Below are positions 38,053 to 48,881 of a stretch of DNA of 64,000 bases, piece after piece. Source of the DNA: an uncultured Candidatus Saccharibacteria bacterium. GTDB lineage: Bacteria > Patescibacteriota > Saccharimonadia > Saccharimonadales > AWTP1-31. Under the pieces are notes generated by a model, which was not told where the DNA came from, made no database searches, and was given only the letters and a program-made list of their open reading frames with translations. The DNA lies in contig CAYPDT010000004.1 of NCBI GenBank assembly GCA_964409615.1, positions 11,949 to 75,948 of the forward strand, in the 5' to 3' direction. Both the position numbers and the translations under genes were made by a program. Positions within the stretch are counted from its first letter, which is position 1. The number at the start of each line of letters is the position of its first letter.

Positions 38053-38402
38053 TTATTCCAATGCTCCTAGGTCGCGCAAAGCTTGTCGTACGCCAACAAG
38101 TGATTTCTTGACGTCGGTTTCTTTAAGTTTACCGTATGATTCATCGAGTAATTTCTTAGCCATGTTGTGAGCAAACCATACGCTATCATTATCTGTTAAG
38201 AGTTTTTGTGCTTCGACAAGTCGCTCGCCCATGCTTTTGCCCTTGAGGCGTTTTTTGCGTAGTGCTTCATCTAACAGTTTGTCGGCATTAATAACAGCCA
38301 GTGCCCAGGTGTCTTTGCTCTTACAGAACTTCTGTAGTTCAGTCCATTGCTCTTTGAATTTAGCTGGTTTGATTCGATTGCGGCGAGGTAATAATTTTAG
38401 TT

Positions 38403-38406
<4 letters not shown>
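38053..38406 (-). CDS. Hypothetical helical protein inserted between gatA and gatB
   Basis: 117 aa, Lys/Leu/Glu-rich. Its ATG overlaps the gatA TGA (ATGA at 38403-38406). Confidence 0.65.
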
Positions 38407-39895
<1,489 letters not shown>

Positions 39896-39896
<1 letters not shown>

Positions 39897-40186
39897 TACA
39901 GCACCCGCCTAACTTTAATAGTGTTGCCCTTGCGGTCAGGTACATTGTGCAGTAGCGCTTGTTGACTAGCTTGATAAGGGATAATGTCGTCGTTGCGCAT
40001 AACATTTACCAACCCCGTTACTTGGGTGGTAGGCTTTAGCCCACTAACATCTACTTCGGAAAGTTTTTCCACATAGCCTAAAATATCTGCAAGCTCGTGT
40101 TGGAACTTAACAATTTCTTCTTCTGTTAGCTCCAACTTTGCAAGTCGGGCCAATTGTAATACATCGTCACGTGTGAGGTTCGCCAT
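39896..40186 (-). CDS. gatC: Asp/Glu-tRNA amidotransferase subunit C
   Basis: 96 aa. LARLAKLELTEEE start. TAATG junction with gatA. Confidence 0.9.
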
Positions 40187-40207
40187 TTACCGTCTAGTTT
40201 ATCACGG

Positions 40208-40921
40208 TTAGCCGGTTAATATCCAGCGTGCAACAATATCGCGCAAGCGCATATATTCTGCTTCGTCATACTGCATATTGGCAATACAGAAGCGTTTGCC
40301 GGAGATGTTTGTACAAAACATACTGTCTTGCATATCACCTGCATCATGCAAAAAGAAACAATTGGTGATACGGCTCGACCACGAAACACCGAAACTATTC
40401 GAACATTCTCCGCTATCTTCTACCCTGATGCAAAATACTAAATCACGGCTTCGTTGACTGGCGGCGACGAACTCACAACCTCCTACACCATCTGAAAACA
40501 GAATATTTTTACTACGTCGTATATCCTGTGATCGAAAGACATTTTCTGACATCTCGATGTTATCTGATTCAGAAACATTTATGCTGTCGTTCATCCGTTC
40601 GGTAGTGGTAAAGTTTATTTCATTCCATGCACCCATAATGTCTTCGATAGAATTGAGCTTTCGTGCTGGGCGTAGCCAGTCGGTGGCTTCACTGGCACCG
40701 GCGATTTCGAGACCACGAGCATGCTCCATCTTCATAAATTTGACTGGATTTGTCGATGACGCCCAGGTGAGCTGATTGTCGTATGCATCGGTTACTTGCT
40801 GCGGCAAACGGATATCAAAGGTGAATTTTTGCATGAACTGTTCAAGAGAAAGCGGGTTTTTAAAACCAAACACTTGGCCTACGATTTTATCAAGTACTTC
40901 TTGCGCTTCACGATGTGTCAT
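40208..40921 (-). CDS. Hypothetical Cys-rich protein with a periodic (beta-solenoid-like) C-terminal half
   Basis: 237 aa. TAATG junction with the upstream ATPase. Residues ~150-225 show repeated [S/C]-x-N-x-[F/L] units (NVFRS, NILFS, CSNSFGV, NCFFL, CTNISG, CIANM). 6 Cys. Confidence 0.7.
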   Translation of the reverse strand: MTHREAQEVLDKIVGQVFGFKNPLSLEQFMQKFTFDIRLPQQVTDAYDNQLTWASSTNPVKFMKMEHARGLEIAGASEATDWLRPARKLNSIEDIMGAWNEINFTTTERMNDSINVSESDNIEMSENVFRSQDIRRSKNILFSDGVGGCEFVAASQRSRDLVFCIRVEDSGECSNSFGVSWSSRITNCFFLHDAGDMQDSMFCTNISGKRFCIANMQYDEAEYMRLRDIVARWILTG

Positions 40922-42930
40922 TATTGGTCCTTTCGCTTAAGTTTGGCACGGCTAGATGAATGTGCCGCTAACAGGTCTTTTACATTCATGACGCGTTTTG
41001 ATAGGCGGTCATCATGCAGGTCTGTAGTGCTACGCTGGGCAAGTTGCTCGACGAATTCTCGAGAAAATTCAATCGGCTTTTCGATAATTTTGCCACCTTC
41101 AACAAATTTATCAGGCAAGACTGGCATGAGTGACGCTTCTTTAGCATGTCGCTTAGTAGAATGCGGTGCATCGACGGTTCTTGCCTTGACGCAGGGTATG
41201 ACTTGACCATTAGCAACAACGCGCACTAAGCACTCTCGGGGATGTAGTTCGGTCATAATCTTAACCTTAATATCTGCCTCTTTTAGCCCTTTGGCGTGTT
41301 CGGCTGTGACTAGTTCTTGTGGCAGTTCAATGTTTAGGTTGCCCTCCAGGGCACGGGCATCTTCTTCCGAAACTTTAAAAGCATAGTAGTTAAAAACATT
41401 GGCAAATATTGCATCCCGTAGGTCTTTGTCTACCTGGCCAAAATACTGTTGTGTAAGTATGACGGTTAAATTAAATTTGCGTGCCTCGGCTAGAATCTGT
41501 GCCAGTGCTGGGTTTTGCACCACAGACACCTCATCTATAACCAAGATTATTTTCTGGTTAAATGCTCGGGCCTGAGCTAAGAGGAAAATCTGCTGGATAA
41601 GTAGACCGGCAACCGTTTTGACAACTTTCTCGCCCATGCTTACCTTGTTCAGCGAAAAAACTGTTAAGAAATTATCTTGAATGGTTTTTGCTAATGAAGA
41701 CTCGCTCTCGCCGACCAATGATGGTTGTAGTTGCATTTCGTCGACCATTGATATGAGTGGCAGGACTGTCGTGTCATAGTTATGGGTACGGATTTCATTG
41801 TAGTCAGCACCAAAGAATTTAACGATGTTGTCTGGTACATATCCTTTGACATGCTCTACGATTTGATTGCGATACTCAATTTCCATTAAGAAGCGTCGAA
41901 GATTCTGCAATGACATTGTTTGAGCCGTCATCAAGATAAATAAACTAAAGCGCAGTAATCTATCGAGACGAGGGTTGTATTGCTCGCCTAGTAGTGACTT
42001 AAATAAGGTTGCGGTTAACTCAGTGGCTGCCGTTAAGTCGGCACTGGCATCTGGGAACAGCTCGGTGCTGTCTTCTTTGCCAAAATTCACTACTTTCATA
42101 TCATCAATGTGGCCGAAGTCTTCGGCAATCGAAGCATGCGGGTCGATGACTACCACCCGATAGTTCATCTTCAATGCTGTTGTAGCCAGCCGGTCTACGA
42201 GTAGACTAATAAGTTTGGATTTACCACTACCGCTCGCACCAACAATGAAAGAGTGTTTATCGAAATCGTACGAGGTTAGCGGCAAAAAGTAATTCGATGG
42301 CCGATACGGAAAGGTGTCTACTTCGAATAGAGCGTTTACATTATCGCTCTGCATAAGGTGGAGAGCCTTTTGAATATCAAGATACTTTGGTTCTTTGCGG
42401 CGAAGATATTTGGTGTTTGCCAGGAAATCAATTGCCAGTAAATGAGACGGCAACATCAGCAGTGTTTTTTTGGCCAGACTATGCTGGCCAGCAGTGTTTT
42501 TAAAGAAGAATCGTAATTTAACGTGGGCCTTCTGAATATTAACTGTACGAATGGTGAATTCGGCAACTTCGAGCTCTTTTTTACGCTTAACTTGGTATTT
42601 TTCTTTTAGATCAAGCAGATTGCCGCCGCCAACATACTGTATGAAGCGCTCAGCCGATAAGACCTTAGGTAGCGAAATTGCATCGTGGTCTACTGGCCGG
42701 AGCACGACCCCCTCGAGATTATTAGATAGTAGGCCTACGTCTTTATTAACACCAACATAATAGCGAACGGTATTATCGTGTATTGTGACCAGTAGTTTCC
42801 AGCTTTTCAGAAATCCAATATACTGCGAAATGCCTAGCACAATACTGTTCCAGGCGTCGGTATCAAGCGCATCTTTAAGAAGGTACAACTCGAACCAGTA
42901 CTCAAATCCTTGAGTGCGTTTGTTTTGCAT
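40921..42930 (-). CDS. Soluble P-loop NTPase of the HerA / type IV coupling protein (TraD/VirD4/TrwB-like) class
   Basis: 669 aa. Walker [14 protein letters not shown], then [11 protein letters not shown], Walker [11 protein letters not shown], and [18 protein letters not shown] (the RK..Q motif typical of T4CP/HerA). No TM helix seen. ~230-aa unknown N-terminal domain. Confidence 0.75.
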   Translation of the reverse strand: MQNKRTQGFEYWFELYLLKDALDTDAWNSIVLGISQYIGFLKSWKLLVTIHDNTVRYYVGVNKDVGLLSNNLEGVVLRPVDHDAISLPKVLSAERFIQYVGGGNLLDLKEKYQVKRKKELEVAEFTIRTVNIQKAHVKLRFFFKNTAGQHSLAKKTLLMLPSHLLAIDFLANTKYLRRKEPKYLDIQKALHLMQSDNVNALFEVDTFPYRPSNYFLPLTSYDFDKHSFIVGASGSGKSKLISLLVDRLATTALKMNYRVVVIDPHASIAEDFGHIDDMKVVNFGKEDSTELFPDASADLTAATELTATLFKSLLGEQYNPRLDRLLRFSLFILMTAQTMSLQNLRRFLMEIEYRNQIVEHVKGYVPDNIVKFFGADYNEIRTHNYDTTVLPLISMVDEMQLQPSLVGESESSLAKTIQDNFLTVFSLNKVSMGEKVVKTVAGLLIQQIFLLAQARAFNQKIILVIDEVSVVQNPALAQILAEARKFNLTVILTQQYFGQVDKDLRDAIFANVFNYYAFKVSEEDARALEGNLNIELPQELVTAEHAKGLKEADIKVKIMTELHPRECLVRVVANGQVIPCVKARTVDAPHSTKRHAKEASLMPVLPDKFVEGGKIIEKPIEFSREFVEQLAQRSTTDLHDDRLSKRVMNVKDLLAAHSSSRAKLKRKDQ

Positions 42931-42932
42931 AC

Positions 42933-42971
42933 CTTAAGTATATCGCATACTTTACAAAGTATGTGCTTAAG
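42933..42971. promoter_or_regulatory. Palindromic operator-like site in a divergent promoter region
   Basis: Perfect CATACTTT-ac-AAAGTATG (42946-42963), flanked by CTTAAG on both sides. It overlaps the candidate -35 (TTTACA-18-TACTAT) of the + gene. On the minus strand TATACT ends 6 nt before the ATPase ATG. Confidence 0.5.
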
Positions 42972-43011
42972 GTTTACTATGAGGTAAAGTTCGCTAACTT
43001 GGAAACAAACA

Positions 43012-44229
43012 ATGCGTGCAGTAGCAACTGGTTTTACAGAAGCAGTTGGAGGTAATCTTACCTCAGAAACACCTGGCCCTCGTCTTGATGACGAGGGTTT
43101 TTGTTTACCGAACAACGCAGCATATGCAGCACAGCAACAAGCATTATCTGATTTAGAGCACTATCCGGTGCGGGTTGTAGAGCGAACTCTGCATGATGAC
43201 CTAGGTGAAACATCCTATGCCCGCTTTACTCAAGAGCGGGTAAGGTTCAGTGATGGAGCGGTACGATTACTGAGTCGTGCCGAGCCTAAACGGCGATACT
43301 TCGGCAAGGAACATATCAGCCCCTTCCCTATCTCTGATGGTGATGCTTTATTTACAGGACCGAATGGCGTTAACAATGATTTGTTAGATGCCTACGCAAA
43401 GCTAGGCTATCCAGTAGAGTGGCTACACCACCAGGGGCGACATACGTTATTGCCGCTTAGTCGCAAGCGAATGCTAACCATGATGCACTTTTTATCGACA
43501 AAAAGTGTCGGCAGGTCTGCACATCATGATCACGCATTGTTTGATGACCTAGACCGTCGTACTGGAATTGCCTATGACACAAGTGAGGTATTGCGGGACG
43601 GTTTCTCACGAAGTGCTATGTCGGGCGAAGCTTTTGTGGCGCTTGCTCCACTGTACAAACGCGCTGTACTGTACAGCGACTTGACTGCAAAATGTTTCGC
43701 TGAAGGTTATGACACGCTTGGCAACGTGAAAGCCATGGTTCGCCAAGGTCCCAAGGAAGCATTGGGGCTTGGCCGTCTGGTCCAAGAAACTGTACGCCGT
43801 GAACTTGCTGGTGAACGCGGTGCTGTATTAAAGATGGCCGGCACGTTCGATGTACATCCATTGAACGTGGCCCACGAGATTGCCTGGATTCGACCTCTGA
43901 TTAATGGTGATAGCGGTGTGTATTCTCGAGCCATCCCACTCGAAACAGTTGGAGTGCGTGGTTTTTTGACACAAGATGATATGTCGCAGTATGCAGCCCA
44001 TTTATTAATACACGCCAGTCACCCGAATTTGGCCTTGGTACAGGATGAAGGTACGCACGTGGAGGGCGTGACTCAAGAGATGCTCCGTAAAAAAGTTGAA
44101 CGCTTTAGCCGAGTGATGGATTTTATGAAAGCACACGACATGACCTTATCTGGCCTACAACCAACTGACTTTTTAGAGCCGACGCAAGATTACTGGATTG
44201 CTGGACAAGATTATCTTGTCGCAGCTTAA
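43012..44229 (+). CDS. Hypothetical protein, possibly alpha/beta-hydrolase-like
   Basis: 405-aa ORF. GFSRSAMSG could be a nucleophile elbow and DEGTHVEG a catalytic-His region. No family recognised. Confidence 0.6.
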   Translation: MRAVATGFTEAVGGNLTSETPGPRLDDEGFCLPNNAAYAAQQQALSDLEHYPVRVVERTLHDDLGETSYARFTQERVRFSDGAVRLLSRAEPKRRYFGKEHISPFPISDGDALFTGPNGVNNDLLDAYAKLGYPVEWLHHQGRHTLLPLSRKRMLTMMHFLSTKSVGRSAHHDHALFDDLDRRTGIAYDTSEVLRDGFSRSAMSGEAFVALAPLYKRAVLYSDLTAKCFAEGYDTLGNVKAMVRQGPKEALGLGRLVQETVRRELAGERGAVLKMAGTFDVHPLNVAHEIAWIRPLINGDSGVYSRAIPLETVGVRGFLTQDDMSQYAAHLLIHASHPNLALVQDEGTHVEGVTQEMLRKKVERFSRVMDFMKAHDMTLSGLQPTDFLEPTQDYWIAGQDYLVAA

Positions 44230-44254
44230 TCCACCTCTATTCCACAGCTATTAC

Positions 44255-44362
44255 GCACGCATAACCTGTCGGGTCCTGCCAGTCGGTCCGCCCCTCCTTC
44301 GCTCGCTTACGCTCGCCTCCGGGGGAGCTGCCCCGCCTCCTGTCACCCAACAGGATGCGTGC
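44255..44362. repeat. 108-bp GC-rich element with ~20-bp terminal inverted repeats (candidate ncRNA or MITE-like insertion)
   Basis: GCACGCAT-aa-CCTGT-CGGGT ... ACCCA-ACAGG-ATGCGTGC. 75 of 108 bases are G or C by manual count. The plus strand is C-rich with three CCTCC motifs and the direct repeat cgctcgc-tta-cgctcgc. It lies between convergent stops. Confidence 0.5.
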
Positions 44363-44369
44363 TTGCTAG

Positions 44370-46349
44370 CTATGACTTTGATTTTATGTCGTCTATGATG
44401 TCGCGGAGTTCGGCAGCCTTTTCGAACTCTAAGTTAGCTGCTGCCATATCCATTTGTGCGCTCAAATCTTTTATAAGGTGGGCATACTCTTCTTTTGGAA
44501 TCTTCTTCAAGTTGAGTTTTGCCTTCTTAGCTTCTTCTGGGAGATCAGGGTTCATACCTTCGGCAATTTGCGACGAAACACCCATCGGTGTTATGCCGTG
44601 CTCGGTGTTATAGGCTTCTTGAATTTTGCGACGACGTAATGTTTCGTCCATAGTACGCTTCATGCTGCCGGTTATATTGTCGGCATACATAATCACGTGC
44701 CCGTCTTTGTGACGTGCGGCACGCCCAACGGTTTGCGTGAGTGCTTGCTCGCTGCGCAAGAAGCCTTCTTTATCGGCGTCGAGAATTGCCACAAGGCTTA
44801 CTTCCGGCAAGTCGAGACCTTCACGCAGCAAGTTAATGCCAACAAGTACATCATAAACACCAAGCCGAAGGTCGCGCAGGATGTCTGTTCGGTCTAGGGT
44901 GTCGACATCGCTATGCAAATAGGCAACCTTCATATTGAGCTCTTTCAGATACTCGGTAAGGTCTTCACTCATGCGCTTGGTCAGTGTTGTGACCAGTACG
45001 CGTTGCTGTTTGGCGACAGTATCTCGTATTTCGGCTATCAGGTCGTCTACTTGGCCTTTGGTTGGCCGTACTTCTATCGGTGGGTCAAGAAGTCCGGTTG
45101 GTCTAATGACCTGCTGTGCCGGAGCTGGGCTGCGACTGAGCTCGTACTCCGCCGGTGTCGCACTAACGTAGACTGCCTGGTTGACGTGACGTTCGAATTC
45201 GGTGAAGGTTAATGGTCGGTTATCTAGGGCGCTTGGCAGGCGGAACCCATGTTCTACCAGCACTTCTTTACGAGCGCGGTCGCCGTTATACATACCCCGT
45301 ATTTGAGGCATTGTCATGTGCGATTCATCGACAAACATCAGAAAGTCGTCAGGATAATAATCGAGGAGTGTGGCTGGCTGTTCGCCAGGTTCACGGTTAG
45401 TTAGGTATCGGCTGTAATTCTCGATTCCCTTCACAAAACCAGTCTCTTCGAGCATTTCGATATCAAAGTTTGTCCGTTGCTGTATGCGTTGAGCCTCTAA
45501 GAGTAAACTATTCTTCTTAAAGAATTGCGTCCGTTCATCAAGCTCTTGTTTTATGTATCCTAAGGCATGTTTGAGCTTGTCGTGAGGAGTCACATAGTGA
45601 GAACTTGGAAAGATTTTTAATCCTGTTTTAACTTTCAAAACTTCGCCGGTTAACGGGTCGACTTGAGTTATGCGCTCAATTTCATCGCCAAAGAATTCTA
45701 TACGGTAAGCTACTTCTTCACCTGCCGGGAAAATATCAACTACATCGCCCCTTACTCGGAACGTACCACGATGAAAATCTATATCATTGCGCTGGTACTG
45801 GATATCGGTTAACTGTCGGAGTAGTTTATCTCGCACTCGCCGTTCGCCAGTCTTGATGCTCACAGCCATACCGTCGTAATCATCAACCGAACCGATACCA
45901 TAAATGCAGCTCACACTGGCAACTATCAGTACATCTTTGCGGGTTAATAGTGCATCGGTAGCTGCGTGTCGCAGTCGATCTATCTCTTCGTTGATCTGGC
46001 TATCTTTCTCGATATAGGTATCAGAACGTGCGATGTACGCCTCTGGCTGATAATAATCAAAGTAGCTGACAAAATAATGCACCGCATTATTAGGGAAGAA
46101 TCGCTTGAACTCGGCATATAACTGAGCAGCGAGCGTTTTATTGTGGCTAAGCACTAACGTTGGCCGTTGAATATTTTGGATGATGTTAGCCATCGAAAAT
46201 GTCTTACCGGAGCCGGTCACACCCAGCAACGTTTGCTCTTTTAGGCCATCCTGGATACCTTTGGTCAGTTGTGCAATTGCCTGCGGCTGGTCGCCTTTCG
46301 GCTGGTAATTACTAACAAGTTCGAATTTGGTCATCCTTATATTGTACAC
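44370..46349 (-). CDS. uvrB: Excinuclease ABC subunit B
   Basis: 659 aa. GVTGSGKT, helicase motifs, C-terminal UVR domain (FEKAAELRD). Confidence 0.97.
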   Translation of the reverse strand: MYNIRMTKFELVSNYQPKGDQPQAIAQLTKGIQDGLKEQTLLGVTGSGKTFSMANIIQNIQRPTLVLSHNKTLAAQLYAEFKRFFPNNAVHYFVSYFDYYQPEAYIARSDTYIEKDSQINEEIDRLRHAATDALLTRKDVLIVASVSCIYGIGSVDDYDGMAVSIKTGERRVRDKLLRQLTDIQYQRNDIDFHRGTFRVRGDVVDIFPAGEEVAYRIEFFGDEIERITQVDPLTGEVLKVKTGLKIFPSSHYVTPHDKLKHALGYIKQELDERTQFFKKNSLLLEAQRIQQRTNFDIEMLEETGFVKGIENYSRYLTNREPGEQPATLLDYYPDDFLMFVDESHMTMPQIRGMYNGDRARKEVLVEHGFRLPSALDNRPLTFTEFERHVNQAVYVSATPAEYELSRSPAPAQQVIRPTGLLDPPIEVRPTKGQVDDLIAEIRDTVAKQQRVLVTTLTKRMSEDLTEYLKELNMKVAYLHSDVDTLDRTDILRDLRLGVYDVLVGINLLREGLDLPEVSLVAILDADKEGFLRSEQALTQTVGRAARHKDGHVIMYADNITGSMKRTMDETLRRRKIQEAYNTEHGITPMGVSSQIAEGMNPDLPEEAKKAKLNLKKIPKEEYAHLIKDLSAQMDMAAANLEFEKAAELRDIIDDIKSKS

Positions 46350-46372
46350 CTATACGAGAGTACGGTCTTGTT

Positions 46373-46987
46373 CTATGTGTGAGAGCCATACCGCGGGAAA
46401 GCTCGGAGCCGCATAAACACCTTTCCATGAGCATAGGTACCTGCATGGGGTTGCCGTAGCGCTGCGTGTTTGTTGCTGTCTAGGTATACCCCCTCGCCTG
46501 TTATATAGCTGAACTGCTGTGTTGTTACGGGATGTGGCGAATATGCGTCTTGTGCACGGGTAGCCTTGCGCCAACTAGTGGCAACGGTGAGTGTGAGCGG
46601 CAAAATACTAAGATTTACAAGAAGACGATAGTCTCTGCCATCAATATGCCAACGTCCCTCACCTGGCGTGCCGACAAAAAAGTCACCGGTGAAGTTTAAG
46701 GCATCCACATCTACATCGTGGTCTGTAAGTTGTGTAACAAACTGTTCTTTAGCAGTTTCCCAAAGCGTAACTTCGTCAAATCTGAGGTCATAGCGCCCGA
46801 TTTTTTCCGCAATAAGACCTCGTGAAATGTACGGCGAGTAGCTTTGTGCATCCCCGTCAGATTCTATTGTGTCGTGGTGAAAATCATGATGGTGTTGGAG
46901 TAATGTTGAGCCAATTGCTTCTGCAAGTACGGGATGGATAATCTGGCCTATAGGTGTTATATCGCCAGTAGTCGTAAGAATTTCCAT
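46373..46987 (-). CDS. Hypothetical His-rich protein, possibly cupin/2OG-Fe(II)-like
   Basis: 204 aa. QHHHDFHHD cluster and WHIDGRD (HxD). No family recognised. Confidence 0.6.
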   Translation of the reverse strand: MEILTTTGDITPIGQIIHPVLAEAIGSTLLQHHHDFHHDTIESDGDAQSYSPYISRGLIAEKIGRYDLRFDEVTLWETAKEQFVTQLTDHDVDVDALNFTGDFFVGTPGEGRWHIDGRDYRLLVNLSILPLTLTVATSWRKATRAQDAYSPHPVTTQQFSYITGEGVYLDSNKHAALRQPHAGTYAHGKVFMRLRAFPRYGSHT

Positions 46988-47036
46988 AAATTACATAATT
47001 ATCTATAAGAACTGTCTAGTCAAGGGCATGAAAGAC

Positions 47037-47600
47037 TTATTTGTAGAGATGGGAATATTTTTTGTTGCGCTTGTTCAGGAGCTTAATAAGCCCTTCCAGA
47101 ACTTCGTCAGCAGTATCGCCAAATACCACATCATCATCTGCTTTACGCCCTGCAGCATGCATAATATCCATAATTTCGGAGCTAATGCCACCTGCGCCTT
47201 GTATGAATCCAATTGGTGTCCCTGTTTCCATGGCTATTGTAAATTCATGGAGTGTGCCCAGTCGACCGCCTATACTAATAACCGCGTCACTTGAGTTAAT
47301 TAACAATGCATCACGACCAACATAGTGGAGTCCCGAGTACAGGATTGCATCGTAGGCTTCGGTAGGTAGTCGATATTTCATAACATGTTCTATCTTGCTA
47401 GCGGCCGGGCTGATACCCAGACTCATGGTGCCGTTATGTTTTTTATAACTCTCTGCAGCAACGTTTGGCAAACCAACAGTGGCACCAGTCATTAGCGCAT
47501 GACCGGCTTTAGCAATTGCTTCACCTGCGGCTTCGGCCAGCTCATGACCATCTTGCACGCTTTTGCCTTTTGCCGCCGCCGATACGCAAATTTGATACAT
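47037..47600 (-). CDS. LOG/TIGR00725-family Rossmann-fold (SLOG-type) protein
   Basis: 187 aa. LMTGATVGLP and ISIGGRLGTLHEF correspond to the LOG-family GGGxGxM and PGGxGTxxE motifs. TAATG junction with the upstream ORF413. Confidence 0.7.
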   Translation of the reverse strand: MYQICVSAAAKGKSVQDGHELAEAAGEAIAKAGHALMTGATVGLPNVAAESYKKHNGTMSLGISPAASKIEHVMKYRLPTEAYDAILYSGLHYVGRDALLINSSDAVISIGGRLGTLHEFTIAMETGTPIGFIQGAGGISSEIMDIMHAAGRKADDDVVFGDTADEVLEGLIKLLNKRNKKYSHLYK

Positions 47601-48841
47601 TACATCACCTCCAGTATGTCGTTGGCCAACATATCTTGATTGAGCTCGGATAGTACTTGACTCTCAAAATTCTCTTGGCCGATGTATTCTGCGTAAATTG
47701 TATTCCAAAGGCTTGAACGGAAATGGCCTACGGAGTGTTGGCCGTATTCCAAGCCATTACAGTAGCTGACAGCGTTGTCCATCAAACCTAATGAGACGAT
47801 TCCATCGGGGTATAAGGCCGCAACATAATCAAGGTCTTCCCAGAATTTAAGGGCTGGCTCGAGCCAATAAACAATTGATTCGGCTTTTCGCCAGTGCAAG
47901 TCCTCGGGCTGTACATGCGGCTCGAACAACTCTGGATGGGATGCTGGGTCTTGTGAGCCAAAGTGTCTTTGGATAATTCGCCAATGGATATCCTTGCCGC
48001 CAATTTTGGCAGCGTGGTGCGGATCATTGAGTATGGTGTCGACTAATACAGCGCCAAAGTCTGGACGTACTTGCTGCATTTTGAAGAAGGCGCTATATGA
48101 GCGAATTTCGTTAATATAGTGCAACACAAAGGGCATGATAGTAATTGTTGCTCCCCGCATATGTTCGATAGGAAGAGGTAAGATTAGAATTACGCCCATT
48201 TCTTTTAGGTGAGTAATGTTATGCTTCTGCTGCATGATAAAAGCTTGGGCAGAATCACCATAACGCGCTTTATCTATAACAAATATCTCGATTGAGCGAA
48301 TCTCAAAATCGCTGGGCCCTAATTTGTGATATGACTTAGTAAACTTATTGAGCCAGCTTTTTGTCTCTAGAAAGCGAGTGGAGGCTAGAATTTCGCTAAT
48401 ATTTTCTCGCTTTAGTAACGAGTCCACCGACTTGTATCCCAGCTGCTTCATGACCTTTTTTGGGGGCTGAGCCTTCAAGAGCTTCTTGGCTACGCTATGT
48501 TTTATTACCCAGGCCTTGTTAGGGAGTGGTAAATTATCAATGGTTTGTTTTATGTGGAGTAGTTGCTCACGCAACGAAGCATTGGCGTCAGTTCCAATAG
48601 CATGAGCCAGGTATTGGTCGTGCAAGCGTACTAATGCCTGTAACGCGTGGTAGAGTTCTTTGCCAGTAGTATCTTCAGGGTCAAGCGCCAGCTCGTTTAT
48701 TTTACGATGCACTGTTGCAGTTATCTTGGCAGCCAAGCGAATATCTACCGAAGGATGACCACTTTTGGCCTCTAAATCAGCAAGAGCCCGTGAAAAGAGT
48801 GGTTCTTCGGCGGCTAGTAGTTGTGACAGAACTCTCGACAT
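47600..48841 (-). CDS. Hypothetical protein
   Basis: 413-aa ORF, no recognised motif. Co-directional with and coupled to the LOG-like gene. Confidence 0.7.
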   Translation of the reverse strand: MSRVLSQLLAAEEPLFSRALADLEAKSGHPSVDIRLAAKITATVHRKINELALDPEDTTGKELYHALQALVRLHDQYLAHAIGTDANASLREQLLHIKQTIDNLPLPNKAWVIKHSVAKKLLKAQPPKKVMKQLGYKSVDSLLKRENISEILASTRFLETKSWLNKFTKSYHKLGPSDFEIRSIEIFVIDKARYGDSAQAFIMQQKHNITHLKEMGVILILPLPIEHMRGATITIMPFVLHYINEIRSYSAFFKMQQVRPDFGAVLVDTILNDPHHAAKIGGKDIHWRIIQRHFGSQDPASHPELFEPHVQPEDLHWRKAESIVYWLEPALKFWEDLDYVAALYPDGIVSLGLMDNAVSYCNGLEYGQHSVGHFRSSLWNTIYAEYIGQENFESQVLSELNQDMLANDILEVM

Positions 48842-48881
48842 GAATATGACTTACCTTGGTTATGAATGGATATTATTACGC

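Noticed and set aside
44255-44362. GC-rich element interpreted as 4.5S/SRP RNA. The size of ~108 nt, a closing helix, and CUGUUGG / CUGGCAGG strings reminiscent of E. coli ffs prompted this.
   Set aside because: The near-invariant domain IV features are absent: the GNRA-capped helix with AGG/AGCA symmetric loop and the GGAAGCAGCC-type sequence. The apparent apical GUAA sits in a direct repeat (GCGAGCG-UAA-GCGAGCG), not an inverted one.
44255-44362. GC-rich element interpreted as an integron attC site (GTYRRRY / RYYYAAC-like heptamers at 44268-44274 and 44345-44351).
   Set aside because: The heptamers are in the wrong relative order: core-like first, inverse-core-like last, on both strands. 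No integrase or cassette array is present.
44198-44398. 66-aa plus-strand ORF spanning the GC-rich element.
   Set aside because: It overlaps the end of ORF405 and the uvrB stop, and has a Pro/Leu/Ala low-complexity translation driven by the C-rich strand. There is no start context.
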